Assembly: GCA_934561175.1 (NCBI GenBank)
Contig: CAKTFW010000004.1
Span: 2,821 to 66,820, forward strand
Reading direction: 5' to 3'
DNA length: 64,000 nucleotides
Origin: an uncultured Oscillospiraceae bacterium
GTDB lineage: Bacteria > Bacillota > Clostridia > Oscillospirales > Oscillospiraceae
Below, piece by piece: positions 9,314 through 17,819 of the stretch. The position numbers and the translations under genes are program-made. The number at the start of each line of letters is the position of its first letter. The stretch's first letter is position 1. The notes below the pieces were generated by a model. The model searched no databases and was not told the origin of the DNA. It was given only the letters and a program-made list of their open reading frames with translations.

Positions 9314-11722
9314 ATGAAGTACGATTTTACCGCGATTGAGAAGAAATGGCAGAAGCGCTGGGAGGATGAGAAGCTTTATAAGGCGGAGACCGGTTCCCCA
9401 AAAAAGAAATTCTATGCTCTGATTGAGTTCCCGTATCCGTCCGGTGCAGGCCTGCATGTGGGACATGCCCGCCCTTACACCGCGATGGATGTCATTGCAA
9501 GAAAGCACCGTATGGAGGGGCAGAATGTTTTGTTCCCCATTGGCTATGACGCATTTGGGTTGCCGACAGAAAACTATGCGATTAAGAATCATATTCATCC
9601 CCGCATTGTAACGGAACAAAATGTAAAGGTATTTCGCAGCCAGCTGAAAGCACTGGGCTACAGCTTTGACTGGGATCGGGAGATCAACACGACAGATCCG
9701 GCCTATTTTAAGTGGACGCAGTGGATTTTTCTGAAGCTTTACGAAAACGGCTTGGCTTATAAGGCTAAGATGCCGGTCAACTGGTGCACCAGTTGTAAGT
9801 GTGTTCTGGCCAATGAGGAGGTCGTAGAGGGCGTCTGCGAGCGCTGTGGCTCTCCAGTCATCCGGAAAGAGAAGAGCCAGTGGATGTTACGCATTACCAA
9901 GTATGCGCAACGCCTGATCGACGATTTGGATGATCTTGATTTCATTGAACGGGTTAAGATTCAGCAGAAAAACTGGATTGGCCGTTCGACTGGCGCTGAG
10001 GTAAACTTCCAGTCTACAGCGGGCGATGCCATTACCGTTTACACCACCCGTCCGGATACGCTCTTTGGTGCAACCTATATGGTGTTGTCTCCGGAGCATG
10101 CGCTGGTAAATAAATGGATGGACAAGCTGGAGAATGTGGACGAAGTCAAGGCTTATCAGGCGTTGGCCGCATCCAAGTCTGATATGGAGCGTACAGAGCT
10201 GAACAAAGAGAAGACCGGTGTGGAACTGAAGGGTGTTCGCGGTATCAACCCGGTCAATGGCAAGGAAATCCCGATCTTTATTTCGGACTATGTTCTGGCA
10301 ACCTATGGCACAGGCGCCATTATGGCTGTCCCGGCCCATGATACCCGTGACTGGGATTTTGCAAAGGCGTTCAATCTGCCGATTGTCGAAGTCATTGCCG
10401 GCGGAAATGTTGAAGAAGCGGCGTTTACAGATGTGGAAACCGGGACACTCTGCAACTCCGAGTTTTTGAATGGCTTGTCTGTAACGGAGGCCAAAAAGGC
10501 GATTATCGCATGGCTGGAGGAGAAGGGCGTTGGCCATAGCAAGGTCAACTATAAACTGCGGGATTGGGTCTTCTCGCGCCAGCGTTACTGGGGTGAACCG
10601 ATCCCGATTGTGCATTGCCCGTGCTGTGGAACTGTGCCGCTGCCGGAGTCGGAATTGCCGCTTCTGCTGCCGGATGTGGAGAGCTATGAGCCTACGGATG
10701 ACGGAGAAAGTCCCCTGGCGCCGATGACGGAATGGGTGAACTGCAAATGTCCGAAGTGCGGCGGAGACGCCAAGCGTGAGACGGACACAATGCCGCAGTG
10801 GGCTGGATCCTCTTGGTACTTCCTGCGCTATATGGACCCGCATAACGATCAGGCATTGGCGTCTAAAGAGGCGCTGAAATACTGGTCTCCGGTTGACTGG
10901 TACAACGGCGGCATGGAGCATACCACACTGCATCTGCTGTATTCTCGTTTCTGGCATAAGTTCCTCTATGATATCGGCGTTGTTCCGACGAAGGAGCCTT
11001 ATCAGAAGCGTACCAGCCATGGCATGATTCTGGGTGAGGGCGGAGAAAAAATGTCCAAGTCCCGCGGCAATGTCATCAATCCGAATGACATTATTGACGC
11101 CTATGGCGCGGATACCATGCGTACCTATATCACCTTTATCGGCGATTTTGAAAAAGCGGTGCCGTGGTCATCGAATGCGGTCAAGGGCTGCAAGCGCTTC
11201 CTGGATCGTGTTTGGAATCTGGCAGAGTCTGTGACTGACCAGGAGACCGAATATTCTGCTGCGAACGAAGCGATGATGCATAAGACAATTAAAAAGGTGA
11301 GTGCAGATATTGATTCGCTTAAGGGCAATACTGCAATTGCTGCGCTGATGACACTACTCAATCAGTTCGGCGAAAAGGGCTGCAACCGCGCGGAGCTTAA
11401 GACATTTCTGCAGCTGGTAAGTCCCTTTGCGCCGCATATTGCCGATGAGCTCTGGGAGCAGCACGGATTTGAGGGCGTTTGCAGCGTATCCGCCTGGCCG
11501 GCCTATGATGAGGAAAAGTGCAAGGACTCTGAAGTAGAGATGGCGGTACAGGTGAACGGCAAACTGAAGGGCACCGTAGTAGTACCGGCTGATGCAGAGG
11601 ATGCCGCGGTTGTGGAAGCAGCACAGCAGAATGAGAAGGTTCAGCGGATGCTGGCGGAAGGTGGCAAAGTCTTTAAGACAATTGTCGTAAAGAATAAGCT
11701 GGTAAATCTGATTATCAAATAA
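9314..11722 (+). CDS. leuS: Leucine--tRNA ligase
   Basis: Class I motifs ([17 protein letters not shown]), a CP1 editing domain, and full-length LeuS similarity. Confidence 0.95.
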   Translation: MKYDFTAIEKKWQKRWEDEKLYKAETGSPKKKFYALIEFPYPSGAGLHVGHARPYTAMDVIARKHRMEGQNVLFPIGYDAFGLPTENYAIKNHIHPRIVTEQNVKVFRSQLKALGYSFDWDREINTTDPAYFKWTQWIFLKLYENGLAYKAKMPVNWCTSCKCVLANEEVVEGVCERCGSPVIRKEKSQWMLRITKYAQRLIDDLDDLDFIERVKIQQKNWIGRSTGAEVNFQSTAGDAITVYTTRPDTLFGATYMVLSPEHALVNKWMDKLENVDEVKAYQALAASKSDMERTELNKEKTGVELKGVRGINPVNGKEIPIFISDYVLATYGTGAIMAVPAHDTRDWDFAKAFNLPIVEVIAGGNVEEAAFTDVETGTLCNSEFLNGLSVTEAKKAIIAWLEEKGVGHSKVNYKLRDWVFSRQRYWGEPIPIVHCPCCGTVPLPESELPLLLPDVESYEPTDDGESPLAPMTEWVNCKCPKCGGDAKRETDTMPQWAGSSWYFLRYMDPHNDQALASKEALKYWSPVDWYNGGMEHTTLHLLYSRFWHKFLYDIGVVPTKEPYQKRTSHGMILGEGGEKMSKSRGNVINPNDIIDAYGADTMRTYITFIGDFEKAVPWSSNAVKGCKRFLDRVWNLAESVTDQETEYSAANEAMMHKTIKKVSADIDSLKGNTAIAALMTLLNQFGEKGCNRAELKTFLQLVSPFAPHIADELWEQHGFEGVCSVSAWPAYDEEKCKDSEVEMAVQVNGKLKGTVVVPADAEDAAVVEAAQQNEKVQRMLAEGGKVFKTIVVKNKLVNLIIK

Positions 11723-11728
11723 TCTTAC

Positions 11729-11757
11729 TTGACAATTCAGGGGTAAATGAATATAAT
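11729..11757 (+). promoter_or_regulatory. SigA-type promoter for rpsU
   Basis: TTGACA (11729-11734), a 17 nt spacer, then TATAAT (11752-11757). Confidence 0.6.
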
Positions 11758-11819
11758 AGTTGAGGTCGCAATTTTGGCCCTTAACGCGTTACTGTACGCA
11801 CCCGGAGGGAGGGAAATCC

Positions 11820-12002
11820 ATGACTGAAGTCCGCATTAAAGAAAATGAGTCTCTCGAAAGCGCACTGAAGCGCTTTAAGCGTAGCTGTGCAAAGGCTGGC
11901 GTTATTGCTGAAGTGAAGAAGAGAGAGCATTATGTGAGCCCCAGCCTGAAGCGCAAGCAGAAGTCTGAAGCAGCTCGTAAGAACAAGCGGAAGTTCTATT
12001 GA
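11820..12002 (+). CDS. rpsU: 30S ribosomal protein S21
   Basis: [28 protein letters not shown]...[24 protein letters not shown]. Confidence 0.95.
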   Translation: MTEVRIKENESLESALKRFKRSCAKAGVIAEVKKREHYVSPSLKRKQKSEAARKNKRKFY

Positions 12003-12023
12003 TCCCTCCGTTTTATGCTCGAT

Positions 12024-12061
12024 AAAAACAGCCATCCAGATATGGATGGCTGTTTTTTTTA
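12024..12061. terminator. Bidirectional rho-independent terminator (rpsU and convergent gene)
   Basis: An 11 bp perfect stem, acagccatcca/tggatggctgt, with a 4 nt loop. It is flanked by an A-run on the left and a T-run on the right. Confidence 0.7.
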
Positions 12062-12067
12062 TTGCCT

Positions 12068-12457
12068 TTATGCTTCAAATAAAAGATAATTCGCGCCCAG
12101 GGATTCTGCTAAATGCTTTCGCTTCTGCAGGCTTTCTGTATCATCAAAGAGAATGACGGCAGCATGATTGCCGTCCTTGGTGATCAGATAGCGACAACAG
12201 AGCGAGTCGGAGAAAAAAGAAGGAGTGCAGTGAAGACAGGCCTGCAATTCCTGATTCGAAATTTTGACACCGTTTCCGTCTTTGCAGGGAAGGGAGAAAC
12301 GCAGCCGGATTGGGGCAATCCGGATACAGAGCTGCCCATGATACTGTTTTACCATATCGGAGAGATATTCAAAAAGATTGCCGCCGGAAACGACGGCATC
12401 TATAATCGGAATCGATACAGTGTTATGAATCAGTGTGGCTGAAAAGAGAGAAGGCAT
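12068..12457 (-). CDS. Hypothetical protein (possible glycoside-hydrolase-18 C-terminal-like fragment)
   Basis: ORF with a GGAGGTG RBS about 10 nt upstream of the ATG at 12457. The GTG at 12469 in the ORF track lies inside the RBS. The terminator is shared with rpsU. The C-terminal segment is loosely reminiscent of the last strands of GH18 proteins. The function is not established. Confidence 0.45.
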   Translation of the reverse strand: MPSLFSATLIHNTVSIPIIDAVVSGGNLFEYLSDMVKQYHGQLCIRIAPIRLRFSLPCKDGNGVKISNQELQACLHCTPSFFSDSLCCRYLITKDGNHAAVILFDDTESLQKRKHLAESLGANYLLFEA

Positions 12458-12518
12458 GATTGCAAACACCTCCGGTGATGTGCTACAATAGATTGGAAAA
12501 TTATATGAAAGGCCAGAA

Positions 12519-13019
12519 ATGGATATGCTGTCTTTGATCCCAAGATTGATATTCCCCAGCGCTGATCAAATCCCGGTTACGATGCTGAAAGAAAACGGAA
12601 TTCAGCTTCTGATGCTGGATTTTGATAATACCATTGTGCCGTATACCACTTCGGTGCCGACACAGGAGATGCTTGCTTGGCTAAAGGCTGCAGCGCAGGA
12701 AATCCCCCTTTGCGTTGTTTCCAACAGCCGTAGGCCGCGTGTGCAGGAATTCTGCAAAAAATATCAGATCCCGTGTATCACGCGCGCGAAGAAGCCGGGG
12801 GGAAAGGGCATTCGCCAGGCGTTGGAGCAGTTTCATTGCGCGCCGTGTCATGCGGCGTTGGTGGGAGACCAGATTTATACAGATGTACTGGGTGCCAACT
12901 GCGCGGGCGTTACTTCGGTACTGATCACACCGATTCAATTGCATAGCTGGCCACTGAAGCTGCGCCATGTACTGGAACAGCCTTTCATACGCTTAGGACG
13001 ACGGAGGGGTCATGTATGA
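12519..13019 (+). CDS. yqeG: YqeG-family HAD-IIIA phosphatase
   Basis: HAD motifs LDFDNT, VVSNS, KKP and GDQIYTDV, with the size typical of YqeG. Confidence 0.8.
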   Translation: MDMLSLIPRLIFPSADQIPVTMLKENGIQLLMLDFDNTIVPYTTSVPTQEMLAWLKAAAQEIPLCVVSNSRRPRVQEFCKKYQIPCITRAKKPGGKGIRQALEQFHCAPCHAALVGDQIYTDVLGANCAGVTSVLITPIQLHSWPLKLRHVLEQPFIRLGRRRGHV

Positions 13020-14083
13020 AAAACATAGAAAAATTTCGCTCTGTACTGGATGAAGTCGGCGTGGATGGAATTTTACTGACCAGTCGATTTCATCGGTTCT
13101 ACTGTGTGGAATATGACATTGCAGAGGGATTTGTGCTATTGACCAGAGACCGTTGCCTGTACTATACCGATAGCCGCTATATTGAAGCAGCGGAGCAAAA
13201 TCTGCAGGATGCAGAGCCGGTGCTATTCGGAATGGGACGCCCGATGATGGGAATGATGCGGAAAGCATTGCAGGATGCGGGCGTCCGGATACTTGGCTTT
13301 GAGGAGCGGGAGATTTCGGTCGCAGAGGCAGAGCAGTTCCGTAAGGTGCTCGGTGTGGCATTTCGGCCATGCCAGGAAGCGCTGGAAGCATTCCGCGCGG
13401 CAAAGGAACCTTGGGAACAGGAGCGGATGCTGCAGGCACAGAAAATTACGGATGATGCGTTTGCAGATCTGCTGCCGCAGATTCGGCCGGGTATCACGGA
13501 GAAACAGCTGGCGGCAGAGTTGATTTACCGACTTTATAAATTTGGCGGAGAGATGCTCTCGTTTGATCCCATTGTTGTGTCAGGTGCCAATACCAGTTTA
13601 CCACACGGGGTTCCCGGAGACCGTGTTTTACAGGAGGGCGACTTTGTGACGATGGATTTTGGCTGTAAATATCAGGGCTATTGTTCTGATATGACGCGGA
13701 CTGTGGCGCTGGGGCATGCGACGGAACAGATGCGCGAGGTTTACGAGATCGTGCTTGCGGCGCAATCAGCAGGGATTGCAGCGACGCGTGCAGGTTTAAC
13801 GGGACGCGAGATTGACGGAGCTGCCAGAAAAGTGATTTCCCAGGCTGGATATGGGAAATTTTTTGGGCATGGCTATGGCCACAGTCTTGGATTGCAGATT
13901 CATGAAAGTCCCAATTGCAATCCAAGCGGCAATACATGCTTCCCGGTGGGAGCAGCATGTTCGGCAGAACCCGGAATTTATCTTCCAGGACAATTTGGCG
14001 TTCGAATTGAAGATGTAGTCTTCTTTACGAAACATGGTTGCGAGGATATTACAAAAAGTCCGAAAAGCCTGATGATCCTGTGA
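13016..14083 (+). CDS. pepP: Xaa-Pro aminopeptidase/dipeptidase (peptidase M24B)
   Basis: Creatinase-like N-domain plus M24 metal ligands (DFGCKYQGYCSDMTRT, GHGYGHSLGLQIHE, EPGIY, RIED). ATGA overlap with yqeG. Confidence 0.9.
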   Translation: MKNIEKFRSVLDEVGVDGILLTSRFHRFYCVEYDIAEGFVLLTRDRCLYYTDSRYIEAAEQNLQDAEPVLFGMGRPMMGMMRKALQDAGVRILGFEEREISVAEAEQFRKVLGVAFRPCQEALEAFRAAKEPWEQERMLQAQKITDDAFADLLPQIRPGITEKQLAAELIYRLYKFGGEMLSFDPIVVSGANTSLPHGVPGDRVLQEGDFVTMDFGCKYQGYCSDMTRTVALGHATEQMREVYEIVLAAQSAGIAATRAGLTGREIDGAARKVISQAGYGKFFGHGYGHSLGLQIHESPNCNPSGNTCFPVGAACSAEPGIYLPGQFGVRIEDVVFFTKHGCEDITKSPKSLMIL

Positions 14084-14090
14084 TTAAGGG

Positions 14091-14119
14091 TTGCAATCCA
14101 GGCAAAAATAAGATAAAAT
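14091..14119 (+). promoter_or_regulatory. SigA-type promoter for efp
   Basis: TTGCAA (14091-14096), a 17 nt spacer, then TAAAAT (14114-14119). Confidence 0.55.
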
Positions 14120-14176
14120 AAATTTGTAAAGATGGAAAAATTCCCAATTATTTGGGATTACAGGAGGACATAAATT

Positions 14177-14746
14177 ATGGCAACTATTACCGCAGGCGAT
14201 TTCAGAAACGGCAAGACCTTTGAAATGGACGGCAAGATCATGCAGGTCGTCGAATTCCAGCATGTCAAACCCGGTAAAGGCGCTGCGTTTGTTCGGACGA
14301 AGATGAAGAATATTGTGACCGGTGCTGTGACCGAGACTTCCTTCAACCCGACTGCAAAGTTTGAAGAGGCATTCATTGAGCGTAAGGATATGGAGTACAG
14401 CTACCGGGATGGTGATCTGTACTACTTTATGGATTCTGAGACTTATGACATGATTCCGCTGAATCAGGATGTTATGCCGGAATCTTTCCAGTTTATAAAA
14501 GAGAATACCCCGTGCAAAATCCTCTCTTACAAGGGCAATGTGTTCGGCGTGGAGCCGCCCAACTTTATGGAGTTGGAAGTTACCGCAACTGATCCCGGCT
14601 TTGCTGGCAACACCGCAACGAATGTCATGAAGCCGGCTACGGTAGAGACGGGTGCGGAGATTAAGGTCCCGCTGTTTATCAATGTTGGTGACCGCATTAA
14701 GATTGATACCCGCTCCGGTGAGTATCTGGAACGCTGCAAGGGTTAA
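14177..14746 (+). CDS. efp: Translation elongation factor P
   Basis: [45 protein letters not shown]..., full length. AGGAGG RBS. Confidence 0.97.
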   Translation: MATITAGDFRNGKTFEMDGKIMQVVEFQHVKPGKGAAFVRTKMKNIVTGAVTETSFNPTAKFEEAFIERKDMEYSYRDGDLYYFMDSETYDMIPLNQDVMPESFQFIKENTPCKILSYKGNVFGVEPPNFMELEVTATDPGFAGNTATNVMKPATVETGAEIKVPLFINVGDRIKIDTRSGEYLERCKG

Positions 14747-14763
14747 GAAAAGGAGAATTTACT

Positions 14764-15177
14764 ATGACACTTCCCGAAAGAGCTGCATATCTGAAGGGCC
14801 TGAAGGATGGCCTGAAACTGGATACCGAAACCAACGAGGGCAAGCTGCTGGATGCAATTATTGATATGCTGGAGGATGTGGCTTTGTCTGTCACAGATCT
14901 GGAGGACAGCACCACCGCAATTTCTGATGAGCTGGATCTGATTGAAGAAGAGCTGGATGAAATTGAGGATTGCATCGAAGATGACATCGACGATGAGGAA
15001 GATTCGGAAGACGATGACGACTATGAGTACGATGACGAAATGGTCTATGAGGTAAAATGCCCGACCTGTGATGAAGTTATTGAGATCGACGAAAAGATGC
15101 TGGAAGTTGGCGGCATTAAATGCCCCAAGTGCGGCGAAGAACTTGAGTTCGATGTCGTGGATGACGAAGAGGAATAA
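14764..15177 (+). CDS. Highly acidic zinc-ribbon protein (CxxC...CxxC), conserved-hypothetical type
   Basis: AAGGAG RBS. Helical N-terminal domain, a long D/E run, then EVKCPTCDEVIEI...IKCPKCGEELEF. Confidence 0.7.
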   Translation: MTLPERAAYLKGLKDGLKLDTETNEGKLLDAIIDMLEDVALSVTDLEDSTTAISDELDLIEEELDEIEDCIEDDIDDEEDSEDDDDYEYDDEMVYEVKCPTCDEVIEIDEKMLEVGGIKCPKCGEELEFDVVDDEEE

Positions 15178-15244
15178 ATCGTATCTCACAAAGGCGGCAG
15201 GGTAATTCCTGCCGCCTTTTCGCATTTTTAGGATAGAGGGAGAG

Positions 15245-16084
15245 ATGGCTGCCATGCGTCAGAGAATACAAATCTGTTGTATTGCAATTGGACTGCTTTG
15301 CGCACTCTTTGCGGCTACAGCGTTGCAGCAGAATTTGACGGTCCGCAGGTATGCCGTTTCCAACGAAAAACTGCAGGGATCAATTCACATAGCATTGCTG
15401 ACGGATCTGCACAGTGTTTATTATGGCAGTGATCAGAAGGTTTTACTGGATGCTGTGGCCGCAGCGCAGCCAGACTTGGTTTTTCTGGTCGGTGATATTG
15501 TGGATGATGTTGCACCGTGTGATGGAGCGGAGGCTTTACTGGAGGCGCTTGGTGCGCGATATCAGTGCTATTATGTTTCTGGAAACCATGAATTCTGGTC
15601 GAAGAATATTGACAAAATTAAACGAAAAATCCGCGATTGCGGCATTACCGTATTGGAAGGCGAACAGAAAAAAATCTGCCTTGGCGGGCAGAATATTACC
15701 ATCTGCGGCGTGGATGATCCGGAGATTAACGCGTACACTTCTGATCCGGATGCGTGGCGTACTCAATTGTTCCGCTGTGCGGAAAGTGTGAACGAAACAG
15801 ACTTTACAATTTTGTTGTCACATCGACCGGAGTATGCAGAACTGTATGGAATGCTTGGGTTTGATTTAACGCTCTGCGGTCACGCTCATGGGGGACAGGT
15901 GAGAATTCCGGGGGTGCTGAATGGCTTGCTTGCTCCGAATCAGGGCTTTTTTCCCGCATATGCAGGTGGGGAGTATCTGGTAGGGGAGGAGAACAAGCAG
16001 ACGATGATCGTCAGCCGCGGTTTGGTGCGAAATTTCCTGCCCCGCATATTTAATCCACCGGAGCTTGTTGTGATTAAATTATGA
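15245..16084 (+). CDS. Membrane-anchored calcineurin-like metallophosphoesterase (YkuE-like)
   Basis: N-terminal TM helix. Motifs LTDLHS, GDIVDD, GNHEF and GHAHGGQ. Confidence 0.85.
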   Translation: MAAMRQRIQICCIAIGLLCALFAATALQQNLTVRRYAVSNEKLQGSIHIALLTDLHSVYYGSDQKVLLDAVAAAQPDLVFLVGDIVDDVAPCDGAEALLEALGARYQCYYVSGNHEFWSKNIDKIKRKIRDCGITVLEGEQKKICLGGQNITICGVDDPEINAYTSDPDAWRTQLFRCAESVNETDFTILLSHRPEYAELYGMLGFDLTLCGHAHGGQVRIPGVLNGLLAPNQGFFPAYAGGEYLVGEENKQTMIVSRGLVRNFLPRIFNPPELVVIKL

Positions 16085-16122
16085 AAAAAGCACGCGTCCA
16101 AATCCTTGGACGCGTGCTTTTT
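16084..16122. terminator. Bidirectional rho-independent terminator
   Basis: A 12 bp stem, gcacgcgtccaa/ttggacgcgtgc, flanked by an A-run and a T-run. It lies between convergent genes. Confidence 0.75.
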
Positions 16123-16132
16123 AGTTGCTTAC

Positions 16133-17026
16133 TTAAATAATCCGTCGTGCACCGGTATAACGGCTGGCATAGTAGGAATCACCCAGCGAAGTGACTTTGA
16201 CACCGCCGGAAGCTGCGTGAATAAAGGAATTATCGCCGAAATAGATTCCGACATGTGTGGCAGCTGCAGAACTTTTGTAGGTGTTTTTGAAAAATACCAA
16301 ATCACCAATCTGAAGCTGATCCTGTGAGACGGAAGTACCATTATTCAACTGTTGTGCAGCAGTACGGTTCAAAGAATAGCCGTAAGCGGAATAGCAATAA
16401 CGGGTGAATCCGGAGCAATCAAATCCGCTTGGTGTTGTGCCGCCCCAAACATAAGGGGTACCCAAGTAATTCTGTGCATAGCTGATAAGCTGACTTGCAA
16501 CAGAGGCAACAGAAGAGCCGGAAGAGTTGGCAAGCGGCTTTTCGGTCAGACTCATCAGATCACTGCGAACATAACCGGTGGTGTTGCCATAGACAACTTT
16601 ATACCAGCCTTCATTGATGCCGATGATTCGGGCTTTGGCACCTTCGCTCAACTGCAACAGAACTTCGGAGCTGGAATCTGGTTGGCTGCGGACATTGACG
16701 GAGGCGGAATTGACTTCGCCGTCTCCAAGCTCTACATTTTCCTTCGATTTGAAGGTGACATAGTCTGCACTGACATAACCAATATCCAGATTGTAATCAA
16801 CCAAATACCAGTTGTCCACTTTGCGGATGACAACGACGGTGTCACCGTAGCTGGCGTTGGAGACAATATCGGCATTGGTAGTCGGCTTTGCACGGAGCCG
16901 CAGGCTGGAAGCGTCTACAATTCCGACACCGGTCTTGAGCTCCGTCGCCTGCGCACTGATTGCCATTGCGATCAGGAGTACCATCGCAACCAGTACCAGG
17001 TTCAGGATTCTGACTGCTTTTTTCAT
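16133..17026 (-). CDS. Secreted SH3b-domain NlpC/P60 (C40) peptidoglycan endopeptidase
   Basis: Signal peptide, two SH3b-like repeats (WYLVDYN..., WYKVVYG...), and a C-terminal NlpC/P60 domain (YVWGGTTPSGFDCSGF, HVGIY). Confidence 0.9.
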   Translation of the reverse strand: MKKAVRILNLVLVAMVLLIAMAISAQATELKTGVGIVDASSLRLRAKPTTNADIVSNASYGDTVVVIRKVDNWYLVDYNLDIGYVSADYVTFKSKENVELGDGEVNSASVNVRSQPDSSSEVLLQLSEGAKARIIGINEGWYKVVYGNTTGYVRSDLMSLTEKPLANSSGSSVASVASQLISYAQNYLGTPYVWGGTTPSGFDCSGFTRYCYSAYGYSLNRTAAQQLNNGTSVSQDQLQIGDLVFFKNTYKSSAAATHVGIYFGDNSFIHAASGGVKVTSLGDSYYASRYTGARRII

Positions 17027-17052
17027 AGGGTACCTCCTGAAACTGAAACGAA

Positions 17053-17340
17053 TTATTTTGCTGAGAGCGCGCGTTCCAGCCAGACACTACCTACATCGAG
17101 CGCTGTGTAAAAGCCATCTTTTTCACTCCGCTTTACAATGCGATCCCGTGATTTGATCGAGGGATCAGTCAGTTGAAGTTGAACGGAGACGCGAGTGGCA
17201 ACATCCACATCCTGAACTTTTTTGGTGTCCAGAATCTGGAGCATCACAATGTATTTGTCTGCCATGGAACCATAATAAACCAGGTTGTCCTTCCGCATAA
17301 GCGGATGCCCTTTGTACATGAGCACATGTTTGTTTGCCAT
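17053..17340 (-). CDS. Hypothetical 95-aa protein
   Basis: ATG at 17340 preceded by AAGGAGG. It has its own strong promoter. I recognise no family. Confidence 0.6.
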   Translation of the reverse strand: MANKHVLMYKGHPLMRKDNLVYYGSMADKYIVMLQILDTKKVQDVDVATRVSVQLQLTDPSIKSRDRIVKRSEKDGFYTALDVGSVWLERALSAK

Positions 17341-17364
17341 GGGATCCTCCTTGATTGTAACTAG

Positions 17365-17393
17365 ATTGTAACATATCGTTTCCGATATGTCAA
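17365..17393 (-). promoter_or_regulatory. SigA-type promoter with palindromic spacer
   Basis: On the minus strand: TTGACA (17393-17388), a 17 nt spacer, then TACAAT (17370-17365). The spacer is almost entirely the inverted repeat ACATATCG-N4-CGATATGT. Confidence 0.6.
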
Positions 17394-17434
17394 TGATTGA
17401 AGCGGATTTGTTTCTAAATTTTGGAAGTACAGAA

Positions 17435-17470
17435 GATGGGGAGGCTGGTGTTTCCGACAGCCTCCCCATC
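17435..17470 (-). terminator. Hairpin terminator downstream of ireB
   Basis: A 13 bp perfect stem, gatggggaggctg/cagcctccccatc. The U-tract on the minus strand is weak. Confidence 0.5.
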
Positions 17471-17473
17471 CGA

Positions 17474-17719
17474 TCAATCAAACAAGTAGTGTCGAACCAG
17501 TTCGTGCAGAAGCTCGTCCCGGTCCAGTTTGCAGATCAGACTGCGTGCGTTGTTGTGATTGGTGATATAAGTCGGATCTTCAGAAAGAAGATAGCCGACG
17601 ATCTGATTGATGGGGTTGTACCCTTTTTCACTAAGGGAATGATAGATTGCGGTAAGTGTTTTTTTCATCTCCAGATCTTTGTCGTCCTGAAGGGAAAATT
17701 TAATGGTGCTGCTGTCCAA
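17474..17719 (-). CDS. ireB: IreB-family regulatory phosphoprotein (UPF0297)
   Basis: ...[39 protein letters not shown]... is typical of UPF0297/IreB. Confidence 0.85.
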   Translation of the reverse strand: MDSSTIKFSLQDDKDLEMKKTLTAIYHSLSEKGYNPINQIVGYLLSEDPTYITNHNNARSLICKLDRDELLHELVRHYLFD

Positions 17720-17819
17720 ACGGCATACCTCCTTTTTGCTGATTCCTAATAATCATATAACATTTTCAGCGGGAAGTAAAGCGGAAAGGTGACGAAAGTC
17801 AACAGCGTGTGGAAAAAGT

